DNA from: Candidatus Ryanbacteria bacterium RIFCSPHIGHO2_02_FULL_45_17b
Lineage (GTDB): Bacteria; Patescibacteriota; Minisyncoccia; Ryanbacterales; 2-02-FULL-48-12
Assembly (NCBI GenBank): GCA_001819815.1
Contig: MHNO01000009.1
Coordinates: 460 to 64,459 of the forward strand
Length of the DNA: 64,000 nucleotides
Reading direction: 5' to 3'
Part shown: positions 56,780 through 64,000 of the stretch, piece by piece
Layout: each line of letters opens with the position of its first letter
Numbering within the stretch: the first letter of the stretch is position 1
Made by a program: the position numbers and the translations under genes
Notes under the pieces: model-generated
What the model was told of the DNA's origin: nothing
Databases searched by the model: none
Seen by the model: the letters and a program-made list of their open reading frames with translations, nothing else

Positions 56780-57583
56780 CTATAGACCATTTGTTGTATC
56801 TCTCTTACTATCAACTCCTCTCGTTCCATCTTCTTCCTTTGTTCCTTCCACAGAAAGTGTACTTGTGGCGTCTGCATCTTCTATGATCACATCTTTCGAC
56901 AGTAAATCATTTTCCGCGTCCGCGAGCTCTTTTTCTATCTCTTGCCTGATTTCTGAAACACTTTCCGCTTTTTTGCGAACAGTATCAAGAATAACACCAA
57001 TTTGTGAACTCATATCTGCGCGCTCTTCAGCAACTTGCACAAGCATTCGTTCATGAACACGGAGAGAGGATTCCAATCGCGAACTCGCATCCGCAGCGAC
57101 GGCTATCTGTTCTTTTTTGAGTGATTCAATCGCTTTATTTGCTTCTTCTGTGTTTTGTTCAAGACGAGTCGTGATTTGATCCCGCAATATATCGTTCAGA
57201 TCTCCTGCCGTTGCCAAGCGTTCCAATTCTTCAAGTCGCCGCATAGTCCGCACAACTGACCATTCCACCTCCGCTTCTTCAGACAAGGCAACCCACGTCC
57301 TCACGCGTTCGTTCACCTCTATTTTCATGGCATACAACGTGTCACCCGGTAACGCATCTTCAGCTGCGTATGAGATGCCCACGCCTACAAGCACCACGCT
57401 TGCAAAACCGGCCGCTGCTACTCGAAACGACTGCCAAAAATGCCCGTAATCAAACGGGGACAGAACTTGTAAAGAACGCATACGGCGAAGAAGCTTCTGC
57501 TGAAGAATGGTTTTTTCTTCCGACGTAAGGGTGGCATACTTCATATGCATTTGTATATCTTTATGCTTCATGTATGAATTCAC
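56780..57583 (-). CDS. putative membrane-anchored anti-sigma factor (coiled-coil, DUF5667-like)
   Basis: Immediately downstream of the ECF sigma gene and overlapping it. One TM helix (FASVVLVGVGISYAA) and a long extracytoplasmic coiled coil. Confidence 0.45.
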   Translation of the reverse strand: MNSYMKHKDIQMHMKYATLTSEEKTILQQKLLRRMRSLQVLSPFDYGHFWQSFRVAAAGFASVVLVGVGISYAAEDALPGDTLYAMKIEVNERVRTWVALSEEAEVEWSVVRTMRRLEELERLATAGDLNDILRDQITTRLEQNTEEANKAIESLKKEQIAVAADASSRLESSLRVHERMLVQVAEERADMSSQIGVILDTVRKKAESVSEIRQEIEKELADAENDLLSKDVIIEDADATSTLSVEGTKEEDGTRGVDSKRDTTNGL

Positions 57584-58088
57584 CTTCCCATAATTGTTTT
57601 GCTTTTTTTACCGCCCGATGAATCCGCACAGAAACCACATTTTCCGTCTCACCGAGAACCGACGCAATTTCACGCGGCATCAAGTCGTCAATGTAGCGCA
57701 TAATAACTACAGCTCGATATGGATCTTCTAATCGGTGAAGCACCTGAAGCACTTCTCGTCCCGATACAATATCAGCAATCCGCGCGGCATCTTGCGCGTG
57801 ATCTTCCGGATCAAATCCTTTTTCTTTTAACGCATCTAATGAATATGATTTGTGTTTCCGAACACGATCAATGACAAGGTTGTTTGCCGTACGATACAAA
57901 AACGCTCGCGTGTTATCGATGGCATTCCCATCACACACATACTCCCATGCGCGGATAAACACCTCCTGCATCACATCTTTAGCGTCTTCACGATCATACA
58001 AGCGAAAATAGCAATGCCGAAAAATGGCATCCGCGTAAGAATCATAAGCGGTTAATATCTGTTGTTCTTTTTCTTCCACACCCACCAT
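57561..58088 (-). CDS. ECF-type sigma-70 family RNA polymerase sigma factor
   Basis: Region 2 (AIFRHCYFRLYDREDAKDVMQEVFIRAWE) and region 4 HTH (PYRAVVIMRYIDDLMPREIASVLGETENVVSVRIHRA). Start taken at MVGVEEK. Confidence 0.8.
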   Translation of the reverse strand: MVGVEEKEQQILTAYDSYADAIFRHCYFRLYDREDAKDVMQEVFIRAWEYVCDGNAIDNTRAFLYRTANNLVIDRVRKHKSYSLDALKEKGFDPEDHAQDAARIADIVSGREVLQVLHRLEDPYRAVVIMRYIDDLMPREIASVLGETENVVSVRIHRAVKKAKQLWEGEFIHEA

Positions 58089-58125
58089 AGACGACGTTTT
58101 TATCCCATAATTCTTACCACCATCC

Positions 58126-58887
58126 TTATACCCGTATGTGGTATCCGACACGAAACAAATGCCACAATAACCCCCCAAGAACCAAAAGAGAGCCCATAAT
58201 AACGAGTATTCCCGTGCTCACACTCGCTTCATGCACCCCAATCATAGCATAGCGAATACCGTCAATAAAATAGAAAAAAGGGTTAAATAAAACAACCTTC
58301 TGGAGTAACGCCGGTAACATGCTGACTGAATTAAACATCCCGCCCAAAAAGCTTAGCGGCATAATAATAAACGTGTTTAAAATAGTAAGCTGTTCAAAAC
58401 TTTGAGCCCAAAGTCCGATAAGAAGTCCAATAAGAGAAAACAATACGGCTACAGACAATGCATAAAAAATAAAAAGCCCTACATGAGCAAAACTCGCGGC
58501 ACTGAATAAAACCGCGATAACATAAATGCCCATACCCACTACTATCGCGCGCAAAACGCCACCAACAATATGGCCTATAATCATCTCCCAGTAGGCAAGC
58601 GGCGCCACCAACACTTCTTCAATGTGCCGCGCGAACCGCTGAAAGTACAAGGAAAAGGCGGTTTGCATAAATGCCCCCATAATAATATTCATCATAAGAA
58701 TTCCGGGGAGCACGAAATCAATGTATTCCACGCCTCCAATATTATCAATACGTGAACCCACAATGCGTCCGAATACAAAAATATATAAAAGCGCCGATAT
58801 CCACGGCGTAATTAATGTTTGAACGGCAACCCGCGAAAATCGTCCCAGTTCCCGCCTTACAAATGTCCACAATCCTATAATATTCAT
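58126..58887 (-). CDS. ABC-2 type transporter permease
   Basis: 6-TM ABC-2 permease immediately downstream of the ATPase gene. Confidence 0.8.
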   Translation of the reverse strand: MNIIGLWTFVRRELGRFSRVAVQTLITPWISALLYIFVFGRIVGSRIDNIGGVEYIDFVLPGILMMNIIMGAFMQTAFSLYFQRFARHIEEVLVAPLAYWEMIIGHIVGGVLRAIVVGMGIYVIAVLFSAASFAHVGLFIFYALSVAVLFSLIGLLIGLWAQSFEQLTILNTFIIMPLSFLGGMFNSVSMLPALLQKVVLFNPFFYFIDGIRYAMIGVHEASVSTGILVIMGSLLVLGGLLWHLFRVGYHIRV

Positions 58888-59621
58888 ATGCCGGCAGTTA
58901 TTGTTTTCTTTGTAATTTCTAAATACATATGCTCAAGACGTTTGCCATCTTTAAGAAATGCCGAAGTATCATCAATCGCCGCTATGGATCCTTTATGTAT
59001 AATAGCAACACGATTGCATAAAAGTTCCACTTCTTCCAAATAATGCGACGTAAGTAAAATTGTCTTCCCTTCTTTGTTTAATTCACGGAGATAATCCCAC
59101 AACATATGCCGCAATTCCACATCCACGCCTGCCGTCGGCTCATCCAAGATTAAAAATGGCGGATTGTGCACCATGGCGCGCGCGAGCATTACCCGGCGTT
59201 TCAAACCGCCCGACAACATACGAAATTCTTTTTTTGCATGCTCTGTAAGATCAAACTGTTCTAAAAGATGCTCGATGCGTTCTTTGCGTTCGGCTTTCCG
59301 CATACCATAAAACCCACCCACATAGTCGAGTATGTCCCGGACACTACTAAAAATATCCACATTAAATTCTTGCGGAGCAAGCCCTACGTGCCTGCGCGCT
59401 TCACGGTAGTCTTTCACCACATCATGTCCATACACGCGGATACTACCGGATGTAATACGAGCAATGCCGGTTATACAGTGAATAGTGGTTGTTTTCCCGG
59501 CACCATTTGGTCCCAAAAAACCAAAAAACTCTCCCGGTTTTATGACAAACGAAATACCATTCACCGCGACAGCGGATCCATACGTCTTTCCCAAATTTTC
59601 TATTTCGAGCGCAGGAACCAT
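58884..59621 (-). CDS. ABC transporter ATP-binding protein
   Basis: Walker A GPNGAGKTT, signature LSGGLKRRV, Walker B ILDEPT. Confidence 0.9.
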   Translation of the reverse strand: MVPALEIENLGKTYGSAVAVNGISFVIKPGEFFGFLGPNGAGKTTTIHCITGIARITSGSIRVYGHDVVKDYREARRHVGLAPQEFNVDIFSSVRDILDYVGGFYGMRKAERKERIEHLLEQFDLTEHAKKEFRMLSGGLKRRVMLARAMVHNPPFLILDEPTAGVDVELRHMLWDYLRELNKEGKTILLTSHYLEEVELLCNRVAIIHKGSIAAIDDTSAFLKDGKRLEHMYLEITKKTITAGI

Positions 59622-59638
59622 AATAATATCTCACCATA

Positions 59639-59724
59639 CTCTATTGCTTGTAAGAAAAGTGTTCTTTATGGCCAACGAGTATGTATATAAAAGGCCATCG
59701 TAGAACACTTTTCTTGCAAGCAAT
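59639..59724. repeat. long nested hairpin (25-bp stem, 24/25 paired) between ndh and the ABC ATPase gene
   Basis: ctattgcttgtaagaaaagtgttct ... agaacacttttcttgcaagcaatag, with an inner ATGGCC/GGCCAT hairpin in the 36-nt loop. Confidence 0.55.
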
Positions 59725-59765
59725 AGAAGAAGATACAAAACGAAATCTAATCCTATGTGAAAACT

Positions 59766-61079
59766 TTAAAGTTTTGATATATCCCTCGGTAAAAACGTAT
59801 TAAGTATCCATTCAAGGGCTGTACGAAACTTAGCACGTAATCCGACAATTTTCAAAAGATACGCCACCCGATAGAGCACCCACGCGAGCACACCGGAAAA
59901 TTGAATTCCCGACACTTCAGCCAGCGCGGTGCCTTTTCCCACAGAGACAAGGAGCCCCTTATCACGCCAAAAAAACTCTTTCAAAGCTTTTTTACTCATC
60001 AAACGCACAATATTCTCCGCGGCAACTTCTCCTTCTCGTACCGCAAACTGCGCCCGCATGGGATACGGCTGGTCTCTTTCTTTTTTCTCAATCCATGCCT
60101 GATCCCCCGCAACAAACAAATACGGATAAGAAAGAACCTGCAGGTATTCATTTACTTTGATGCGTCGAGATTTCACATCTTTTAACACGCGCTTTTTTGA
60201 GACAATTTCAATCTCACGCGCCTGTACCCCTGCCGTCCAAATCACCGTACCTGCAGGAACAAACTCCCCTCCCGCGTGGATTCCTTCAGAAGATACTTCA
60301 GATAACGGCATGCCGCAAAATACCCGCACATGCTTGCTTGAAAGAATCTGAAACGCGCGATTCCCAAACCACTCATTGGCAAAACATATAAACCGCTCGC
60401 GCCCCTCGTACAAATGAATTTCTGCATATGGATACAAAAGCGGAAACGCTTTCTTCAATTCCCCATGAAGCAAATCAGCCAGTTCTCCCGCAAGTTCCAC
60501 TCCGGTGAGACCTCCGCCCGCAATCACAAAGCGCAACAGCCGCCTTTTTTCTGCTTCGCTTTTTGTAATTTGCGCTTGCTCAAAACTCTCAATAATCCGA
60601 TTCTTTACACGGCGTGCGTCTTCCAATGTGCTAAGCGTAAGCGTATGTTCTTTCGCGCCCGGTATATTAAAAAAATTCACGTCGGAACCAAGAGCAAGAA
60701 TGGCATAGTCAAATGGCACTTCTTCTTCGGATACTTCTTTTATTCTCTTGCCAGGGTCAGGAGCTTCAGGATTGAGATGATGAACCAGAATTTTTTTTGC
60801 ATCAATATCCACTCGCATAACACGCGCTTCTATAAAACGATTCAGGCAACAGGGTGGCAATGACCGAATCGACTGCGTAATGCTGGAGGGCAACAATGTG
60901 CCGGTAGCCACTTCATGTATCATGGGAACAAACGTAAAAAGATCCCGTTCACTTATGAACGTAATGTGCTTTTCTTTGGTGTCATGTAAAAGCTTATGCA
61001 AACGCAAGTAAGCGTACACGCCCGCAAAACCGGCACCTAGTATTACGATGCGTGTTTTTCCTTCCGCTTCTTTTCTCAT
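59766..61079 (-). CDS. ndh: type II NADH dehydrogenase (FAD-dependent pyridine nucleotide-disulfide oxidoreductase)
   Basis: Two Rossmann GxGxxG motifs: RIVILGAGFAGV and VIAGGGLTGVELAGELA. Confidence 0.8.
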   Translation of the reverse strand: MRKEAEGKTRIVILGAGFAGVYAYLRLHKLLHDTKEKHITFISERDLFTFVPMIHEVATGTLLPSSITQSIRSLPPCCLNRFIEARVMRVDIDAKKILVHHLNPEAPDPGKRIKEVSEEEVPFDYAILALGSDVNFFNIPGAKEHTLTLSTLEDARRVKNRIIESFEQAQITKSEAEKRRLLRFVIAGGGLTGVELAGELADLLHGELKKAFPLLYPYAEIHLYEGRERFICFANEWFGNRAFQILSSKHVRVFCGMPLSEVSSEGIHAGGEFVPAGTVIWTAGVQAREIEIVSKKRVLKDVKSRRIKVNEYLQVLSYPYLFVAGDQAWIEKKERDQPYPMRAQFAVREGEVAAENIVRLMSKKALKEFFWRDKGLLVSVGKGTALAEVSGIQFSGVLAWVLYRVAYLLKIVGLRAKFRTALEWILNTFLPRDISKL

Positions 61080-61140
61080 TACGGTAATTATACATCACTT
61101 CACGCGAACCACCAAAAAGCGATGCATAACTCTGTTGAGC

Positions 61141-61211
61141 AGAAGCAAAGCTACTTTTCAAAAAGACCATCCCCTCTCCACAGCCTCTTTTTGAAAAGTA
61201 CTTTACTTCTG
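61141..61211. repeat. imperfect ~26-bp inverted repeat between copZ and ndh
   Basis: gcagaagcaaagctacttttcaaaaag ... ctttttgaaaagtactttacttctgc. Confidence 0.4.
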
Positions 61212-61230
61212 CCACCAAACGATCGTTTTT

Positions 61231-61437
61231 CTAACTCGCTGTATATCCAAGCTCCGCGATTGCTTTAATGAGATCTTCTTTTTTTACTTTCGCGGGATCA
61301 ATTTCGAACACGCCCGTTTTGCCTTCATAACTCACTTCCGCTTTGGAAACACCGTCCATTTGGCTTGTAAGCATCTGAATCCCCACCGCGCACGACCCGC
61401 AGTGCATTCCTTCAATGTGTAGTTCTAATTTTTGCAT
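61231..61437 (-). CDS. copZ: copper chaperone CopZ (HMA domain)
   Basis: MQKLELHIEGMHCGSCAVGI carries the GMxCxxC metal-binding motif. 68 aa. Confidence 0.9.
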   Translation of the reverse strand: MQKLELHIEGMHCGSCAVGIQMLTSQMDGVSKAEVSYEGKTGVFEIDPAKVKKEDLIKAIAELGYTAS

Positions 61438-61454
61438 AGCAACAATATCTTAGC

Positions 61455-62069
61455 TTATAATAACCCTTTTACTGCTTCCTGTATCGATTTTTTTATCTCT
61501 CCCCATTTAGTTTGTTTTATCATTATAGGATCCGGTTCGCTATCCGCATCAATAAAATACGTTATACTTTTTAGTATATGAAGTTTGTTGTATTTGATAT
61601 CTTTGTACTTCTCCTCAAAAAAATTAATAAGCGCGGGAAGTCCGTATTCCTGCATCAAGAAATAAATATCAACAAAATCTTTTTTACTGCCACGAGATGA
61701 AACAGCGTCTATTTTCATGGCAGCTATGTCGCGAGCGTCCGCAAGCATAATCTTCTCAAATGAAATAAGCGGATAGGTAAGATTGTAATCATAATGGAAG
61801 AAACTTACGCGAACATCATCAAGGATGCCATTTAATGTGGTATCGTCTTCACTTGTTACCGTGAAGGTTCCAGCTTGAGAAAGTTCTTTTTTAAGCACCG
61901 TGCCGTCAAATCGTTTTTGAGAAAAAAAATCCAGATCTACGGACTCGCGATGACCAAGATGAAGCGCCAATGCCGTGCCGCCCACAAGATAAAAATCATT
62001 GATGAAATTGCATGCACCTACCTGCGCAAGAACGCCCCCTGTTTGCCTATTGATTGCTTTGGGAAACAT
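61455..62069 (-). CDS. AbiEii/DUF1814-like nucleotidyltransferase (type IV toxin-antitoxin toxin family)
   Basis: FYLVGGTALALHLGHRESVDLDFF is the conserved AbiEii N-terminal NTase motif (GGTAL...HR.S.DLDF). Confidence 0.6.
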   Translation of the reverse strand: MFPKAINRQTGGVLAQVGACNFINDFYLVGGTALALHLGHRESVDLDFFSQKRFDGTVLKKELSQAGTFTVTSEDDTTLNGILDDVRVSFFHYDYNLTYPLISFEKIMLADARDIAAMKIDAVSSRGSKKDFVDIYFLMQEYGLPALINFFEEKYKDIKYNKLHILKSITYFIDADSEPDPIMIKQTKWGEIKKSIQEAVKGLL

Positions 62070-62308
62070 TGTTCTGGATTAATAGTAAAATACATACACC
62101 AAAAATTATGGGACTTTTTATCCAGTACTCTACTTTTCTTAAGAACATCCTTTAATACATCTGCGCCGTACATATCAAGCGCCCAACGAAAATCCTCTTC
62201 GTCACCATATTGAAGGACACGCTCTATGACAAACCGCGCATTCTTTTGAATATCAATTTTACCTGCCTCTGTATCCCAAAAAAGGTTCCGTTTTTCAAGA
62301 GTGTACAT
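62018..62308 (-). CDS. small protein upstream of and overlapping the AbiEii-like gene (putative antitoxin/AbiEi C-domain-like partner)
   Basis: 96 aa (LFWDTEAGKIDIQKNARFVIERVLQYGDEEDFRWALDMYG). Overlaps the toxin-like ORF by about 50 nt. Partner assignment is by position. Confidence 0.35.
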   Translation of the reverse strand: MYTLEKRNLFWDTEAGKIDIQKNARFVIERVLQYGDEEDFRWALDMYGADVLKDVLKKSRVLDKKSHNFWCMYFTINPEQCFPKQSIGKQGAFLRR

Positions 62309-62358
62309 GTTTATATCATACCATAATGGCCTGCCTGTATTGAAGAGTCATAAACAAC

Positions 62359-62415
62359 CTACCACCCGCATGACCCGCAATGCATTCCTTCGATATGCAA
62401 TTCAAGTTTTTCCAT
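62359..62415 (-). pseudogene. diverged 5' remnant of a second copZ gene
   Basis: Minus-strand MEKLELHIEGMHCGSCGW* is about 80% nucleotide-identical to the first 55 nt of copZ at 61437, then hits a stop. Confidence 0.5.
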
Positions 62416-62425
62416 ACATATGTAA

Positions 62426-62887
62426 TTAATTTCCTATAAAATTTCCCGTTTTTACCTGATAACGCAGTGCTGATATGGTTGGTGAAAATATTACCGTCCT
62501 CGTACTTATTTTAAACCGAGCTCTAATTTCATAATGAGTATTTTCCTGTAGTGCAGTGTATTGTATGGCTTTTTCCAGCTCTGCCACATCTGTCGTAGGA
62601 AACGGGTTATTTTTTGTAAGCGGGACATAATCTTTCGGAAACACTCCGTATTGAGAATGATATTCTTCCAGTAAAATTTGTATCTCGCTTATATACACTT
62701 TCAGATGAGTATCAAATTCCAATTTGTTGGCATACTCTTCTTGAGAAATTTCTTCTCCACCAATATTTTCTTGATCTTCCTGGATATTAAATTTTTTTGT
62801 TTGCACATCACTGAAAAAATACCAAACAGCCAACACTGCCATGCATGTTATTATCAATACAACAATAGTAGCCAAGAACTTATTCAT
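62426..62887 (-). CDS. membrane-anchored hypothetical protein
   Basis: N-terminal TM helix (FLATIVVLIITCMAVLAVWYFF). No motif recognised. Confidence 0.4.
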   Translation of the reverse strand: MNKFLATIVVLIITCMAVLAVWYFFSDVQTKKFNIQEDQENIGGEEISQEEYANKLEFDTHLKVYISEIQILLEEYHSQYGVFPKDYVPLTKNNPFPTTDVAELEKAIQYTALQENTHYEIRARFKISTRTVIFSPTISALRYQVKTGNFIGN

Positions 62888-62919
62888 ACAAATAGTTTAA
62901 TATTAATAGCTCATTCATT

Positions 62920-64000
62920 TTATAAATCCTTAACATATTCCTCGTTCTTGCGCTCCATCGGCGGCACATAGCGTTTGAGTGTAAGTGAGTTTGCTACCAC
63001 CGACACCGAGCTAAACGCCATGGCAAACCCTGCAATTTCCGGGCGGAGTGTTGCTTGCGAGAAACTATAGAATATGGGGCCGAAACTTCCAAGCTGACTC
63101 GAAAACGAAACCACCCAATCAGCCGGCACCCCCAACGACGATTGTGTTACCAATAAATGAATACCGCCCGCAATCGGGACCGCAAGCACGTTATAGATAA
63201 ACGCCCAAAACAAATTTTGCCATACTTTTTTAATTGTTTTTCCAGAAAGTTGAATGGCGGTTACCACATCGCGAATGTCGTCTTTCACCAACACCACCTG
63301 CCCCGTCTGCACCGCAACATCCGTGCCGGAACCTACCGCAATACCCACATCGGCTTGCGCGAGCGCGGGTGAATCATTAATGCCGTCTCCTACCATAGCA
63401 ACAGTTTTTCCCTCTTTCTGTAATTTTTTAATAACGTTCGCTTTATCTTGCGGCAGAACTTGCGCCATTACGCGGCCGATCCCCACCTGTTTGGCAATCG
63501 CTTTTGCTGTTTTTTGATTGTCTCCCGTTATCATGATGATTTCCTTTCCCATATCTTTCAAAGCGGAAATTGCCTCAGCCACATGGGGCTTTAATGTGTC
63601 AGCCATCGCGATAAGAGCCGTGAGCTGTTTATCCACAACAAGAAATACAACCGTTTTTGCTTCTCCCTGCAAACGCTCAAGCTCTTTTTTATGGGGAGCG
63701 ATATCCAAACCGAGATCTGCCATGTACAAGGGTTGCCCCACACGCACTTCGCGTATGCCGATAGTGCCACGCACCCCTTTTCCCGCAACCGCTTCAAAAT
63801 TTTTCACCTCTTGCAAAACGCCTTGTTCTTTTCCTTTTTCAATAATGGCGCGCGCCAACGGATGTTCAGAACCGGTTTCCACGGCACCCGCAAAAAGCAG
63901 CGCGTCTTTTTCCATAATATCTTTCCGTAACATGACCACATCTGTTACCACGGGTTTCCCAACAGTAAGCGTGCCGGTTTTATCAAACGCGATTGCCTGA
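62920..64000 (-). CDS. copA: heavy-metal (copper) P1B-type ATPase, C-terminal part; the 5' end lies beyond the window
   Basis: Reading continues upstream of the track start to AFDKTGTLTVGKP (DKTGT). SEHPLA motif, ITGDNQKTAKAIAKQVGI, VGDGINDSPALAQADVGIAVG, and two C-terminal TM helices. Confidence 0.9.
   Translation of the reverse strand, partial: QAIAFDKTGTLTVGKPVVTDVVMLRKDIMEKDALLFAGAVETGSEHPLARAIIEKGKEQGVLQEVKNFEAVAGKGVRGTIGIREVRVGQPLYMADLGLDIAPHKKELERLQGEAKTVVFLVVDKQLTALIAMADTLKPHVAEAISALKDMGKEIIMITGDNQKTAKAIAKQVGIGRVMAQVLPQDKANVIKKLQKEGKTVAMVGDGINDSPALAQADVGIAVGSGTDVAVQTGQVVLVKDDIRDVVTAIQLSGKTIKKVWQNLFWAFIYNVLAVPIAGGIHLLVTQSSLGVPADWVVSFSSQLGSFGPIFYSFSQATLRPEIAGFAMAFSSVSVVANSLTLKRYVPPMERKNEEYVKDL

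Noticed and set aside
1-64000. CRISPR array or cas operon, suspected because Cas2-like and Cas4-like domains are present
   Set aside because: No run of regularly spaced direct repeats was found in any intergenic region, and no cas1 or effector genes are present. The Cas2-fold and Cas4-like proteins are treated as stand-alone.

Overview
This 64-kb window looks like a compact bacterial chromosome segment, with gene content and synteny suggesting a Patescibacteria/CPR-like organism (inference only; no database search was possible). The housekeeping backbone is as follows.

- **Plus strand:** sensor histidine kinase, aspS, scpA, scpB, a dacA-like carboxypeptidase, mraY, an amidohydrolase sitting where murD normally lies, ftsW, murG, gltX, an M23 peptidase, rpmA, corA, cysS, dnaB and recR.
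- **Minus strand:** pyrG, rplI, ctpA, rplU, rmuC, a cation P-type ATPase, tRNA-Glu(CUC), a dcw block (mraZ-rsmH-ftsL-ftsI-murF), lysS, greA, mrdA-mreD-mreC-mreB, proS, rseP, frr, an ECF sigma/anti-sigma pair, an ABC-2 exporter, ndh, copZ and partial copA.

Several AT-rich accessory patches interrupt this backbone.

1. **1.0-7.3 kb:** an island with a decayed HUH/Y1 transposase remnant and a truncated sulfotransferase. It also carries a kinase-like protein, a HemK-like methyltransferase, a Nudix hydrolase, a HExxH protease, a mini pyrophosphatase-like protein and a heme-oxygenase-fold protein.
2. **31.7-32.5 kb:** a three-gene cassette of small unknown proteins behind a near-consensus sigma70 promoter.
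3. **51.5-54.2 kb:** an island in which a gene for a membrane-anchored wHTH plus Cas2-like (PaaX-like) protein is flanked by about 45-bp near-perfect terminal inverted repeats. A MazG-like NTPase and DUF1653 sit beside it. This is the most unusual structure in the window.
4. **61.4-62.4 kb:** an AbiEii-like nucleotidyltransferase with a small partner, inserted next to a copZ gene and a diverged copZ 5' remnant.

Other points:

- Long perfect or near-perfect palindromes recur between co-directional genes (frr/rseP, ndh/ABC, copZ/ndh, recR/rplU).
- GTGGG-type direct repeats precede mraZ.
- A complex dyad element with a U-tract precedes a stand-alone Cas4-like PD-(D/E)XK nuclease.
- No CRISPR array, rRNA or integrase was seen.
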